From a virus: a DNA stretch of 64,000 nucleotides. The notes under the pieces were generated by a model. That model was given only the letters and a program-made list of their open reading frames with translations, was not told the DNA's origin and searched no databases. Positions 10,306 through 19,813 of the stretch are shown in pieces. The stretch is taken from positions 1 to 64,000 of IMG/VR virus record IMGVR_UViG_3300030106_006724. The stretch is one strand, 5' to 3'. The translations under genes were made by a program, and so were the position numbers. Position 1 is the stretch's first letter. Every line of letters begins with the position of its first letter.

Positions 10306-10489
10306 GATAAAAGGACTTGGCGATGTGATATTTATAATAACAAAGTACACTGGAATAAGGTGGCTTGTTAAGAAGGTATGGGGAGAAGACTGTGGTTGTG
10401 ATGAAAGACAGGAAATTCTCAATGATTTAGTACCTTTTAAAGAAAACGAAAGAGTTATACAAAAACCGAAACCGACACCAAAGTTATGA
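10298..10489 (+). CDS. Small phage protein (DCGC motif)
   Basis: 63 aa, GLGD...DCGCDERQE.LN. Confidence 0.6.
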   Translation: MDKIKGLGDVIFIITKYTGIRWLVKKVWGEDCGCDERQEILNDLVPFKENERVIQKPKPTPKL

Positions 10490-11763
10490 CAATTAAAAAC
10501 GGTACAATATTTGTACAGATAGCAAGTTATAGAGACCCAGAATTAAGACCTACATTAGCTGATTTATTAGATAAAGCTGATAATCCTGATAGATTAAAAG
10601 TATGTGTTGCATGGCAACATACCTCAGAAGATGAATGGGATAAATTAGATGAATATTTAAATGATGATAGATTTATAATTTTAGATATTCCTCACAATGA
10701 AACTAACGGTACTTGCTGGGCTAGAAACAAAATACAAACAAAATACAATGGAGAAGATTATACTCTCCAGTTAGATTCTCATCATAGATTTGTAAAAGGA
10801 TGGGATAGCAAATGTATAAGAATGATAAAACAGTTAGAAAAAAAAGGACATAAAAAACCTTTATTAACTGGTTATATTCCTTCTTATAATCCTAAGAATG
10901 ATCCTGAAGATAGAGTTCAATCACCATGGAAAATGGATTTTGATAGATTTACACCTGAAGGGGTAGTATTTTTCTTACCCGCCACTATAGATGATTGGAA
11001 AGAAAGAACCGAACCAGTTCCTGCTAGATTCTTTTCTGCGCATTTTACTTTTACTTTAGGAATTTTTTGTAATGAAGTACAACATGACCCTAAATATTAT
11101 TTTCATGGTGAAGAAATAGCTTTAGCAGTTAGAGCATATACACATGGATATGATTTATTCCATCCTCATAGAATTATAGCATGGCATGAGTATACTAGAG
11201 TAGGTAGATCTAAGCATTGGGATGATGATAATTCCTGGGTTGAAAGAAATAAAACTACTTTTTATAGGTTAAAAGGTTTATTAGGTACTGATGGTACTAC
11301 ATGTACTCCTTGTATGAAAAAACAATTAGTTCCTTATTACTTAGGAGAAGAAAGATCTTTAGAAGATTATCAAAAATATGCAGGTATAAGATTTACTGAT
11401 AGAGGTATACAGCAGTATACATTAGATAAAAAAGGTTATCCACCTAATCCTGAAGTAGATGATTACGATAATTCGTTCCATTCAGTATTTAGACACTGTA
11501 TAGATATTCACATTAACGATGTTCCTGAAACTGATTATGAATTCTGGGCAGTAGCTTTTCATGATGGAGAAGGAAATGAGCTTTTTAGGCATGATGCTAG
11601 TAAGGAAGAAATAGCTAGTTTAAAAGCTACTAAAAAAGATGGTTGGATTAATTTATGGAGAGAGTATACTGGTCCTTTACCTGCTAGTTGGAGTGTATGG
11701 CCATATTCTACAAGTAAAGAATGGTGTAAGAGGTTAGAAGGTAAATTAGGTATAGAAAAATAA
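10486..11763 (+). CDS. GlcNAc transferase, GT60 (Skp1 hydroxyproline GlcNAc-transferase-like)
   Basis: IFVQIASYRDPEL, LQLDSHHRF, YFHGEE motifs. Confidence 0.8.
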   Translation: MTIKNGTIFVQIASYRDPELRPTLADLLDKADNPDRLKVCVAWQHTSEDEWDKLDEYLNDDRFIILDIPHNETNGTCWARNKIQTKYNGEDYTLQLDSHHRFVKGWDSKCIRMIKQLEKKGHKKPLLTGYIPSYNPKNDPEDRVQSPWKMDFDRFTPEGVVFFLPATIDDWKERTEPVPARFFSAHFTFTLGIFCNEVQHDPKYYFHGEEIALAVRAYTHGYDLFHPHRIIAWHEYTRVGRSKHWDDDNSWVERNKTTFYRLKGLLGTDGTTCTPCMKKQLVPYYLGEERSLEDYQKYAGIRFTDRGIQQYTLDKKGYPPNPEVDDYDNSFHSVFRHCIDIHINDVPETDYEFWAVAFHDGEGNELFRHDASKEEIASLKATKKDGWINLWREYTGPLPASWSVWPYSTSKEWCKRLEGKLGIEK

Positions 11764-13346
11764 TGGCTAATATAGCGTTTTATGGATCACATAATGCTGC
11801 TGTAGCTGTTGAACAAAATGGTAAAGTTCTAACGGTTATAGAGATTGAAAGATTTTTGAATACTAAAAACGCAGGATACGGTCAATACCTCATATCTTAT
11901 ACTCGACCAAAATTAATCAATTATATTTTAGATTATATTTATAGGACCTACGGTATTAAAACATACGATACTTGTTACTATCAAAATACCGATACTATAG
12001 AAGGTTCTAAAGGAAAAGTACATTACGAAAAATTAATACCTGCTAAAAACTATGTTGATTGTTTACATCATTATAGTCATGCAGCTAGTGGTTTATATCA
12101 AACTGATTATGAAAAAGCATTAATAATATCATTTGATGGAGGAGGAAATGATGGTTATTTTAATATTTACCATGCTAAAAATAGGAATGAAATAGAAATA
12201 CTTTATAAAGAAAATTTAGATTTAGGTTTCCCTTATATGATTTTTGGTAATTACTTAAATGATATTAAAATGGAACCTGCTCTTAATATAGGTAATCTAG
12301 TATATTCAGGTAAATTAATGGGTTTATGTTCTTATGGTAAAGTTAATCAAGAATGGTTACCACATTTTAAAAAGTTTTATTTAAGTAAACCTGATGGAGA
12401 AAATTATATAGAATTATTAAAAGTACTTTCTAAAAATACTGGGTTAAAATTTGATACTGAAGATAGGTTAAAAGATCAACTAGCATACGATGTAGCAGCA
12501 ACTTCTCAAGAAGCTTTTGAACAAATATTTTTTCAATATACTGAATCATATATTAAAGAGTACTCTAACATACCTATAATATTAGTAGGAGGTTGCGCAT
12601 TAAATATTATTCTTAATAGTAAGGTTAAAAGTAAATATAAAAGAGAAGTTTTTATACCACCGAATCCTAATGATTGCGGATTAGCTTCTGGTATGATTTT
12701 AAATCATATAAAACCTAAAAAAGCTATAGATTTGACTTATTCTGGAACTGAAGTATTAGATAAAGATATGTTAATGTATTATGTAGAAAATAAAAGAGGT
12801 AGTGAAACTAATCTTAAAGAGTTATGCAATGATTTAAATGAAGGTAGCATAGTAGGAGTTGTAAGAGGACAGTCTGAGCACGGACCTAGAGCATTAGGTA
12901 ACAGAAGTATTATTTGTAACCCAGGTATTGAGAATATGAAAGATATTCTTAACGAAAAAGTTAAAAAAAGAGAATGGTACCGTCCATTTGCTCCTGTATG
13001 TAAACTTGAAGATGTAAATAAGTATTTTAACTTTCAAGGAGAAAGCAGATTTATGAGTTTTTGCCCTACTGTAAAAGCTAAATGGAGAAAAAAACTTTCT
13101 TCTATAACTCATGTAGATAATACAGCAAGAATACAAACAGTAACCAAAGAACAGAATGAATGGCTATATAATTTACTTACTGAATTTGAAAAAGTATCAG
13201 GATATGGAGTTTTATTAAATACTTCTTTTAACGTTAACGGTAAACCTATACTTTCTAGTTATTCAGATGCAATAAAAGTATTTCAAGATTCTGATATGGA
13301 TAAATTAATTTTAGAAAATTATTATTTTAGATGGAAACACGTTTAG
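11763..13346 (+). CDS. Carbamoyltransferase (NodU/CmcH family)
   Basis: HHYSHA, DGGG, GGCALN, EHGPRALGNRS, RPFAP, LNTSFN. Confidence 0.9.
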   Translation: MANIAFYGSHNAAVAVEQNGKVLTVIEIERFLNTKNAGYGQYLISYTRPKLINYILDYIYRTYGIKTYDTCYYQNTDTIEGSKGKVHYEKLIPAKNYVDCLHHYSHAASGLYQTDYEKALIISFDGGGNDGYFNIYHAKNRNEIEILYKENLDLGFPYMIFGNYLNDIKMEPALNIGNLVYSGKLMGLCSYGKVNQEWLPHFKKFYLSKPDGENYIELLKVLSKNTGLKFDTEDRLKDQLAYDVAATSQEAFEQIFFQYTESYIKEYSNIPIILVGGCALNIILNSKVKSKYKREVFIPPNPNDCGLASGMILNHIKPKKAIDLTYSGTEVLDKDMLMYYVENKRGSETNLKELCNDLNEGSIVGVVRGQSEHGPRALGNRSIICNPGIENMKDILNEKVKKREWYRPFAPVCKLEDVNKYFNFQGESRFMSFCPTVKAKWRKKLSSITHVDNTARIQTVTKEQNEWLYNLLTEFEKVSGYGVLLNTSFNVNGKPILSSYSDAIKVFQDSDMDKLILENYYFRWKHV

Positions 13347-14230
13347 TTACAGCTTTTTATTTTGATAACTACGGTGGGGATCAGAGACCTCCTTATCATA
13401 TGCATAGTGCAGTAGCCAGATATCATAGGTATTTATACTCTATAGTTCAATTATCAAGAATGAATTTACCTATTAAGTTAGTTTGCGGTGAAAACGTATA
13501 CGATGCATTAACTATTGAATTACAACATAATAATGTTAAAAATATAGAAGTAGAAGTTAGAGATTTATCTAGCTTTAAGTATTCTAAAAAGATAGGAGAA
13601 TTAAAAAATAAGTATCCTGAAAAATTTAATTTTTATCATGAAATAGATTGGGCTAAATTAGACTTACTAAAAGAAGAAGCAGAAAAAGGTGCAGATTATA
13701 CTTACTGGATTGATTGTGGCTTAGCTCATAGAGGATTATGGCCGGATAGATATAGTAAAAGTCCTGATACTTTAACTGGTTTTTCTCATGATAGGCAAAA
13801 TTATGAATTTGATAAAGTATTTAACCCGCACTTTTTTACTAAAATTAATGAATGGGTAGGAGATAAGCTAATAGATATAAGAAGTATTATGCAATATCAT
13901 CCTTTCGACGAAATAAACAAACTAGCCGGTGAAGATATATGCTGTGACGGTCAGACCATAGGAGGCATACTCGGTGGTAATAAAAATCAATTAGATTTTT
14001 TTATTAATAATTTTTATCATTATGCTGATTTATGTTTAAGTGACGATAAAGTACTTAATCACGAAGCTATAATTACTACAATCGCTCATAAAAACTCTGA
14101 AAAATTTAAAACTTTTAAATTTGATACTTGGTACCATGAAAATACTGGTGGTATGGATTGGATAACTCCTGAATGGTTAGATACTCAAGTTAGTTTTTAT
14201 GAATTTATTAAAGAAATAGACCATGAATAA
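13331..14230 (+). CDS. HtrL/WlaTC-like glycosyltransferase-related protein
   Basis: LVTA, YWIDCG, GGILGG. Confidence 0.6.
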   Translation: METRLVTAFYFDNYGGDQRPPYHMHSAVARYHRYLYSIVQLSRMNLPIKLVCGENVYDALTIELQHNNVKNIEVEVRDLSSFKYSKKIGELKNKYPEKFNFYHEIDWAKLDLLKEEAEKGADYTYWIDCGLAHRGLWPDRYSKSPDTLTGFSHDRQNYEFDKVFNPHFFTKINEWVGDKLIDIRSIMQYHPFDEINKLAGEDICCDGQTIGGILGGNKNQLDFFINNFYHYADLCLSDDKVLNHEAIITTIAHKNSEKFKTFKFDTWYHENTGGMDWITPEWLDTQVSFYEFIKEIDHE

Positions 14231-15899
14231 AAAAGTTACTTTAGTTACAGGTCTCTGGGATATAAAAAGAGATACATTAGAAGAGGGATGGAATAGATCT
14301 TTTAAAGATCATTATATTGAAAAATTTAAAGATCTATTAAATGTTCCTTGTAACTTAATTATATTTGGAGAAGAAGAATTAAAAGAGGTAGTCTTTGAAA
14401 TAAGATCAGAAGAAAATACTCAATTTATAGTTAGAAATCAAGATTGGTTTAAAAATGAGTTTTATGAAAAGATTCAATCAATAAGAACTAGTGAACAATG
14501 GAAAGGTAGAGCACCTTGGTTACCTGAATCAACTCAAGGTAAATTAGAGATGTATAATCCTTTGGTAATGTCTAAAATGTTTTTATTGAACGATGCAAGG
14601 ATATTTGATAAATTTCAATCTGAACACCTATATTGGATAGATGCAGCCTTATCTACTACTGTTAGCATGGGGTATTTTACGTCTGATAACGTCTTAGATA
14701 AATTATATGATAAAGTAAATAAGTTTTTATTTATATGTTTTCCTTATGAGGCTAACACAGAAATTCACGGTTTTGCATATCCTGAAATTAACACATATAT
14801 TCAAGGTAATATAAATAAAGTAGGTAGAGGAGGATTTTTTGGAGGACCAGTAGATACTATAGGTGATATAAATGGAAAATATTACGATTTAATGAGTACT
14901 ACTTTAAATGATGGTTTTATGGGAACCGAAGAATCTTTATTTTCTATATTACTTTACCAATTTCCCGATTTAACTTGTTATTCTCTTATAGAAAGTAATG
15001 GTTTAATTTATTACTTTTTTGAAAAATTAAAAAATAACGAAGCAATTTTTCATAGCGAACTAAAAAGAGGTAGTTTAGAAATTATTGACTATAGAAAAGT
15101 TGCTCTTTATGTTATTACTTATAATTCCCCTGATCAATTCGATACATTATGCAAATCGTTTGAAATATATGATAAAGATTATTTAGATTTACCTAAACGT
15201 AAAATTTTACTTAATAACTCTATGGATAGATCTACTGATGATAAGTATAAAGAACTATGTACAAAATGGGGATTTGAAGAAATTAAAAAAGATAATATAG
15301 GAATATGTGGTGGTAGACAGTTTATAGCTGAACATTTTGAAGAGCAAAAAGATTTAGAGCATTACTTATTTTATGAAGATGATATGTTTTTTTATAATGG
15401 TAAAGAAACTACTTGTAAAAATGGGTTTTTAAGAAAAGTACCCGGTTTATATAAAAAATCATTAGAAATATGTAATATGGAAGGTTTAGATTATTTAAAA
15501 TTAAATATGACTGAATTTTTCGGGGATAATACAAGGCAATGGGCTTGGCATAACGTACCTAGCGATAAAAGAGCTGATTACTTCCCAGAGCATCCTATAA
15601 AAAATAATCATACTTTTGATTTTCCTAATACTATTTTTAAACATATAAAGTCACATAAGAATATTCCTTATGCTTTAGGTGAAGTATACTATTGTAACTG
15701 GCCTCAAGTAATAACTAAAGAAGGTAGTAAAAAAATGTTTCTTGAAACTAAGTGGGCTAATCCATTTGAACAAACTTGGATGTCTCATATTTTTCAATTA
15801 ACTAGAGAAGAAAAAATTAAAACGGGTATATTGTTATTAACTCCTACTGAACATGATAGATTTGATCATTACCCTAAAGAAGAAAGAAGAGAAAACTAG
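14223..15899 (+). CDS. HtrL-like domain fused to a GT-A-like domain
   Basis: LVTGLWDIKR, YWIDAA, GGFFGG, TEE; second domain with GICGGRQ and FYEDD. Confidence 0.6.
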   Translation: MNKKVTLVTGLWDIKRDTLEEGWNRSFKDHYIEKFKDLLNVPCNLIIFGEEELKEVVFEIRSEENTQFIVRNQDWFKNEFYEKIQSIRTSEQWKGRAPWLPESTQGKLEMYNPLVMSKMFLLNDARIFDKFQSEHLYWIDAALSTTVSMGYFTSDNVLDKLYDKVNKFLFICFPYEANTEIHGFAYPEINTYIQGNINKVGRGGFFGGPVDTIGDINGKYYDLMSTTLNDGFMGTEESLFSILLYQFPDLTCYSLIESNGLIYYFFEKLKNNEAIFHSELKRGSLEIIDYRKVALYVITYNSPDQFDTLCKSFEIYDKDYLDLPKRKILLNNSMDRSTDDKYKELCTKWGFEEIKKDNIGICGGRQFIAEHFEEQKDLEHYLFYEDDMFFYNGKETTCKNGFLRKVPGLYKKSLEICNMEGLDYLKLNMTEFFGDNTRQWAWHNVPSDKRADYFPEHPIKNNHTFDFPNTIFKHIKSHKNIPYALGEVYYCNWPQVITKEGSKKMFLETKWANPFEQTWMSHIFQLTREEKIKTGILLLTPTEHDRFDHYPKEERREN

Positions 15900-15905
15900 T
15901 AAAAT

Positions 15906-15940
15906 AGTTGTTTAATAAATAAATTTTAACTATATTATAT
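15906..15940 (+). promoter_or_regulatory. Promoter motif class A (near-leaderless trx mRNA)
   Basis: TTGTTT 15908-15913, 17 nt, TATATT 15931-15936; ATG at 15944. Confidence 0.75.
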
Positions 15941-15943
15941 ATT

Positions 15944-16204
15944 ATGAAAGATGTTATAAAATTTCACGCTGAGTGGTGTTCTCCATGTAGATATTATAAA
16001 ACTGTATGGAATGAAGCTAAAGAGAAACATGGAGCTAAACATAACTTTATAGAAGTAGATATTGATAATGATACTACTGGTTTAGCAGCTAAGTTTGCAG
16101 TTAGAAGCGTACCGACTACAGTAGTAGTTCAACCTAATAAAGATTTCGAAAAGAAAGTGGGAGCTTTAGCTTATGGAGATCTTGAAAAACTAATAAACGG
16201 ATAA
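15944..16204 (+). CDS. Thioredoxin
   Basis: WCSPC active site, VRSVPT cis-Pro loop. Confidence 0.9.
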   Translation: MKDVIKFHAEWCSPCRYYKTVWNEAKEKHGAKHNFIEVDIDNDTTGLAAKFAVRSVPTTVVVQPNKDFEKKVGALAYGDLEKLING

Positions 16205-16518
16205 TGTTAAGAAAACCAAATTCTATACCAAAAGGAGATACTATAATAGAAGATAAAGCTATAGAACCTTATTTTTTAGTAAAATCTCAAACAGGAGGAT
16301 ATGTTATTTACAAAAGAGTTATAAAAGGAGTAAATAATACACCATATATTAAGACTATTTGCTACCCAGGAAATTTTAGTCAAGCGCTAAAGTTAGTAGC
16401 TGAGAGCATACTTAATGATGGTAACGAAAAAGTATATAATTCATTACAAGATTATATTAGTGAATATAAAAATATTGAATCTAAAATAGGTTCGATGAAG
16501 GATCAGCCTATATCCTAA
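16204..16518 (+). CDS. Hypothetical protein
   Basis: 104 aa ORF, translationally coupled. Confidence 0.6.
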   Translation: MLRKPNSIPKGDTIIEDKAIEPYFLVKSQTGGYVIYKRVIKGVNNTPYIKTICYPGNFSQALKLVAESILNDGNEKVYNSLQDYISEYKNIESKIGSMKDQPIS

Positions 16519-16529
16519 AAATACCTGGC
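16499..16529 (+). ncRNA. Candidate H-type pseudoknot in the queC leader
   Basis: AGGAT/ATCCT stem; loop GCC can pair with GGC 16527-16529 after an A-rich linker. Confidence 0.4.
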
Positions 16530-16550
16530 AAATTTAATTTTTATATTATT

Positions 16551-17402
16551 ATGGCAAAAAATGCTGTTTTATCATTAAGTGGAGGAATGGATTCTTCTAC
16601 GTTATTGTTACATTTACTAAGAGAAGGTTATAATGTAACTGCACTCTCTTTTGATTATGGTCAAAAGCATAGAGTTGAATTAGAAAGAGCTCAAGCTCTA
16701 GTTGATTACGTTAATAGTAACTGTAATCAAGTTGTAGGTACTGAACCTGATACAGGTGCAACTATTGCAAAATTAAAATATATGCCTGTTAATTATCAAG
16801 TGATTAAGATTGATGGAATTACTAATTTACTAAATTCTGCTTTAGTAGAAGGTGGAGATGATGTTCCGGAAGGTCATTATGAGCAAGATAATATGAAAGA
16901 AACTGTAGTTCCTAATAGGAATAAGATATTTTCTTCTTTAACGCAAGCTGTAGCTCTGTCTATTGCTAATAAAACTGGAGAAGATACCTATATATCATTA
17001 GGAATACATGCTGGAGATCATGCAGTTTACCCTGATTGTAGACAAGAATTTAGAGATGCTGATATGGAAGCGTTTCAAATAGGTAACTGGGATGCTGATA
17101 GAGTTAAATTCTATACTCCTTATCTAGAAATAGATAAATACGGAATACTTCAGGATGGACAAGAAAGTTGTTTAAGTTTAAATATTGATTTTAATGAGGT
17201 CTATAGTAGAACTAATACTTCTTATAAGCCTTACCCTTCTGGTAATAGCGATTATAAGTCTGCTAGTAGTGTGGAGCGTATCGAAGCTTTTATTAAACTG
17301 GGTATCGCAGATCCTGTTCAATACGAAGACGAGACTGGACCAGTGGATTACGAAGTAGCTAAAAATCATGTTGAAAAGGTTCTTGCTGAATATGCAGGAT
17401 AA
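16551..17402 (+). CDS. queC: 7-cyano-7-deazaguanine (preQ0) synthase
   Basis: SGGMDS, FDYGQKH, VPNRN, YPDCR; C-terminal Cys4 Zn site absent. Confidence 0.9.
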   Translation: MAKNAVLSLSGGMDSSTLLLHLLREGYNVTALSFDYGQKHRVELERAQALVDYVNSNCNQVVGTEPDTGATIAKLKYMPVNYQVIKIDGITNLLNSALVEGGDDVPEGHYEQDNMKETVVPNRNKIFSSLTQAVALSIANKTGEDTYISLGIHAGDHAVYPDCRQEFRDADMEAFQIGNWDADRVKFYTPYLEIDKYGILQDGQESCLSLNIDFNEVYSRTNTSYKPYPSGNSDYKSASSVERIEAFIKLGIADPVQYEDETGPVDYEVAKNHVEKVLAEYAG

Positions 17403-18002
17403 ATGAGGATACTTTTAATAGCAAATGCTAGAACAGGTTCTACCGTACTTTATAAAGCTTTAAGTGATATCTTAGGTTTAAAAAAGTACGGTGAACCTTT
17501 CAATTATGGAATGCGCAGAAAAGCTAATTCCTTAATTAGAAAGTACCCTTTTCCTTTAGAAGATAACTGTATAGTAAAAACTTTAACAAGGCATATTCCG
17601 GAAGAATTCGAAAGCCAAGAAATTAATTTTTATGACGAATGGAAAAGAGATTTCGATAAAGTTATCTTATTAGCAAGAGAAAACCTACAGGATATATACG
17701 AAAGTCAAGATTTTTTTAGACATGTAAAAAAGCATTGGCATCAAAAGTACAAATACGAAACTCCTTATACTTTTAGAAGAGAACTTTATAAGTTTATTAC
17801 TGATTCTTACGATTATATAAAATGGTATAGTAAAAAATCTCACATACCTATTACATGGTACGAAGATTTATATAGTGGAGATAAAGAAAAAATAAAAGAA
17901 TGCATAGATAACTGGGAGATAGATATATCTGTAGATGATCTTTACAACTACGTAAACCCAGAAAAAAGATACAGACAATTTACTAAACAAACTATAATAT
18001 GA
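17403..18002 (+). CDS. Sulfotransferase-like protein (Stf0-like P-loop)
   Basis: ARTGST PAPS-binding loop, EPFN, YEDL; paralog of 40717..41292. Confidence 0.7.
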   Translation: MRILLIANARTGSTVLYKALSDILGLKKYGEPFNYGMRRKANSLIRKYPFPLEDNCIVKTLTRHIPEEFESQEINFYDEWKRDFDKVILLARENLQDIYESQDFFRHVKKHWHQKYKYETPYTFRRELYKFITDSYDYIKWYSKKSHIPITWYEDLYSGDKEKIKECIDNWEIDISVDDLYNYVNPEKRYRQFTKQTII

Positions 18003-18439
18003 TATACTGGTTTACAGGACAACCTGGCTCAGGAAAAACAGTACTAGCCGATTTACTTAAAGAACAAGCATTACCTCACGCTTATAGGATAGATGGTGAT
18101 GAAATGAGAGATTTATTTGAAAATAAAGATTATTCTATAAAAGGTAGAATAGCTAATATAGATGCAGCTCAAAAAATAGCTCATTATTTACATAATCAAG
18201 GTAAAGATGTAATAGTATCATTAGTTTCACCTTATCTTGATCAAAGAGAAGAATTTAAAAAGTTACTAGATTGGCAAATTAATGAAATATATGTTCATTA
18301 TACTAATGAAATTAGAGGTAGAGAAGAGTATCATGTGTTAGGGTATCAAGCTCCTCAATTTAATTACCTTGATATAAATACATCAGAGCAAACACCAGAG
18401 CAAAGTTTAGATATAATAAGAGAAAAACTTAAAGTATAA
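17999..18439 (+). CDS. cysC: Adenylyl-sulfate (APS) kinase
   Basis: WFTGQPGSGKT, IDGD, LVSPY, YQAP. Confidence 0.85.
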   Translation: MIYWFTGQPGSGKTVLADLLKEQALPHAYRIDGDEMRDLFENKDYSIKGRIANIDAAQKIAHYLHNQGKDVIVSLVSPYLDQREEFKKLLDWQINEIYVHYTNEIRGREEYHVLGYQAPQFNYLDINTSEQTPEQSLDIIREKLKV

Positions 18440-18440
18440 A

Positions 18441-18779
18441 ATGGAGAAAAAAAATACATACTTTGTAGATATAGATGGTACTATATTTAAGTATAGAAAA
18501 TTTGAAACTTACGAAACTAGTAAAGCTGAACCAATCCAAAGTACAGTAGACTATTTAAAAAATAAAAAAGAACATGGTCATATGATAGTATTAACCACAG
18601 CTAGACCTGACTGGTTATATGAGCATACAGTAAGAGAATTAAAAGTAAATGATATACCTTTCGATAGATTAATAATGGGTATTGAAAGAGGACCTAGATT
18701 TTTAATTAATGATAAGGATCCTAATATAAAAGAAGATAGAGCTACAGCAATTAATTTAATTAGAGATAAAGGAATATGA
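18441..18779 (+). CDS. HAD-family phosphatase (small, capless)
   Basis: FVDIDGT, TTAR, INDK. Confidence 0.75.
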   Translation: MEKKNTYFVDIDGTIFKYRKFETYETSKAEPIQSTVDYLKNKKEHGHMIVLTTARPDWLYEHTVRELKVNDIPFDRLIMGIERGPRFLINDKDPNIKEDRATAINLIRDKGI

Positions 18780-19129
18780 AAAAATACAGTATGTTTATAG
18801 GTAGATGGCAACCATGGCATAAAGGTCATAGGTGGTTGATTGACCAAAGATTAAATGAAGGTAAAAACGTATGGATAGCTATTAGAGATGTAGAACCTAA
18901 CGAAAATCAACCCTGGACTCCTCAAGAAGTGATGGAGAATCTTGAAAAAGAATTATCAGATTTAATAAACGAAGGTAGAATATTTATAAGTATAATACCT
19001 GATATTGAATCAGTTAACTACGGAAGAGGAGTAGGTTATGAAATTATTGAACATATACCCCCTCAGAGCATAAAGGAAGTTTCAGCTACTAGTATTAGAG
19101 CTGAAATGAGAAAAGATGGAAAACTCTAA
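18776..19129 (+). CDS. Minimal HxGH nucleotidyltransferase
   Basis: GRWQPWHKGH and SATSIR motifs. Confidence 0.75.
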   Translation: MKKYSMFIGRWQPWHKGHRWLIDQRLNEGKNVWIAIRDVEPNENQPWTPQEVMENLEKELSDLINEGRIFISIIPDIESVNYGRGVGYEIIEHIPPQSIKEVSATSIRAEMRKDGKL

Positions 19130-19604
19130 AGTTTGGAATAAAGATTATTGTAAAGAAGTTATTAATTATTTCTGTAACGAACAAGTTATGGAAAATTATT
19201 CAAGTGATAATAGAAAATATAAAAGAAATTTATTATTTGAACGTGATAAAGGTAATAACTGGGTATGGAAATCAGTCGACAATCTTATAAAATCTAATCT
19301 TGGAGAAAATTATTTTTTATCTACTTGGTTGATAGGTTTAAGATATGATAAAAACGATTTTTTTACTGAGCATAGAGACGGAGAAGGAACTGCAAATAGG
19401 TACCTTTCCGGTGGAATAGAATTATCAGACCAAAATAGTTACAAAGGAGGTATTTACGTACTAAAAGGTAGTAATAGTAGGAGTAAACAAGGAGAGTTAT
19501 TTACTCACGATCCGTATGTACTGCATGAAATTACAAAAGTTACTAAAGGTACTAGATATAGTCTTCATTTTTGCATAGGGAAAAAACCTGATACTTTAAT
19601 TTAA
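19116..19604 (+). CDS. 2OG-Fe(II) oxygenase (prolyl hydroxylase-like)
   Basis: HRD, YKGG, HEITKV..GTRYSL. Confidence 0.8.
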   Translation: MENSKVWNKDYCKEVINYFCNEQVMENYSSDNRKYKRNLLFERDKGNNWVWKSVDNLIKSNLGENYFLSTWLIGLRYDKNDFFTEHRDGEGTANRYLSGGIELSDQNSYKGGIYVLKGSNSRSKQGELFTHDPYVLHEITKVTKGTRYSLHFCIGKKPDTLI

Positions 19605-19813
19605 TGGTAGCTAAAAAAAGACATATAGTTAAGACAATAACTTGGAGAATAGTTGGTACTTTAGATACTTTTTTACTATCTTGGTTAATAACAGGTAGTG
19701 CTAAGATAGGAGCAGCTATAGGAGGAATAGAAATAGTAACGAAAATGATATTATACTATTTTCATGAAAGAGCATGGTATAAATTCAGTAAATTTGGTAT
19801 TAAAAAAAAATAA
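19604..19813 (+). CDS. DUF2061-like small membrane protein
   Basis: KTITWRIVGTLDT...YYFHERAW. Confidence 0.8.
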   Translation: MVAKKRHIVKTITWRIVGTLDTFLLSWLITGSAKIGAAIGGIEIVTKMILYYFHERAWYKFSKFGIKKK

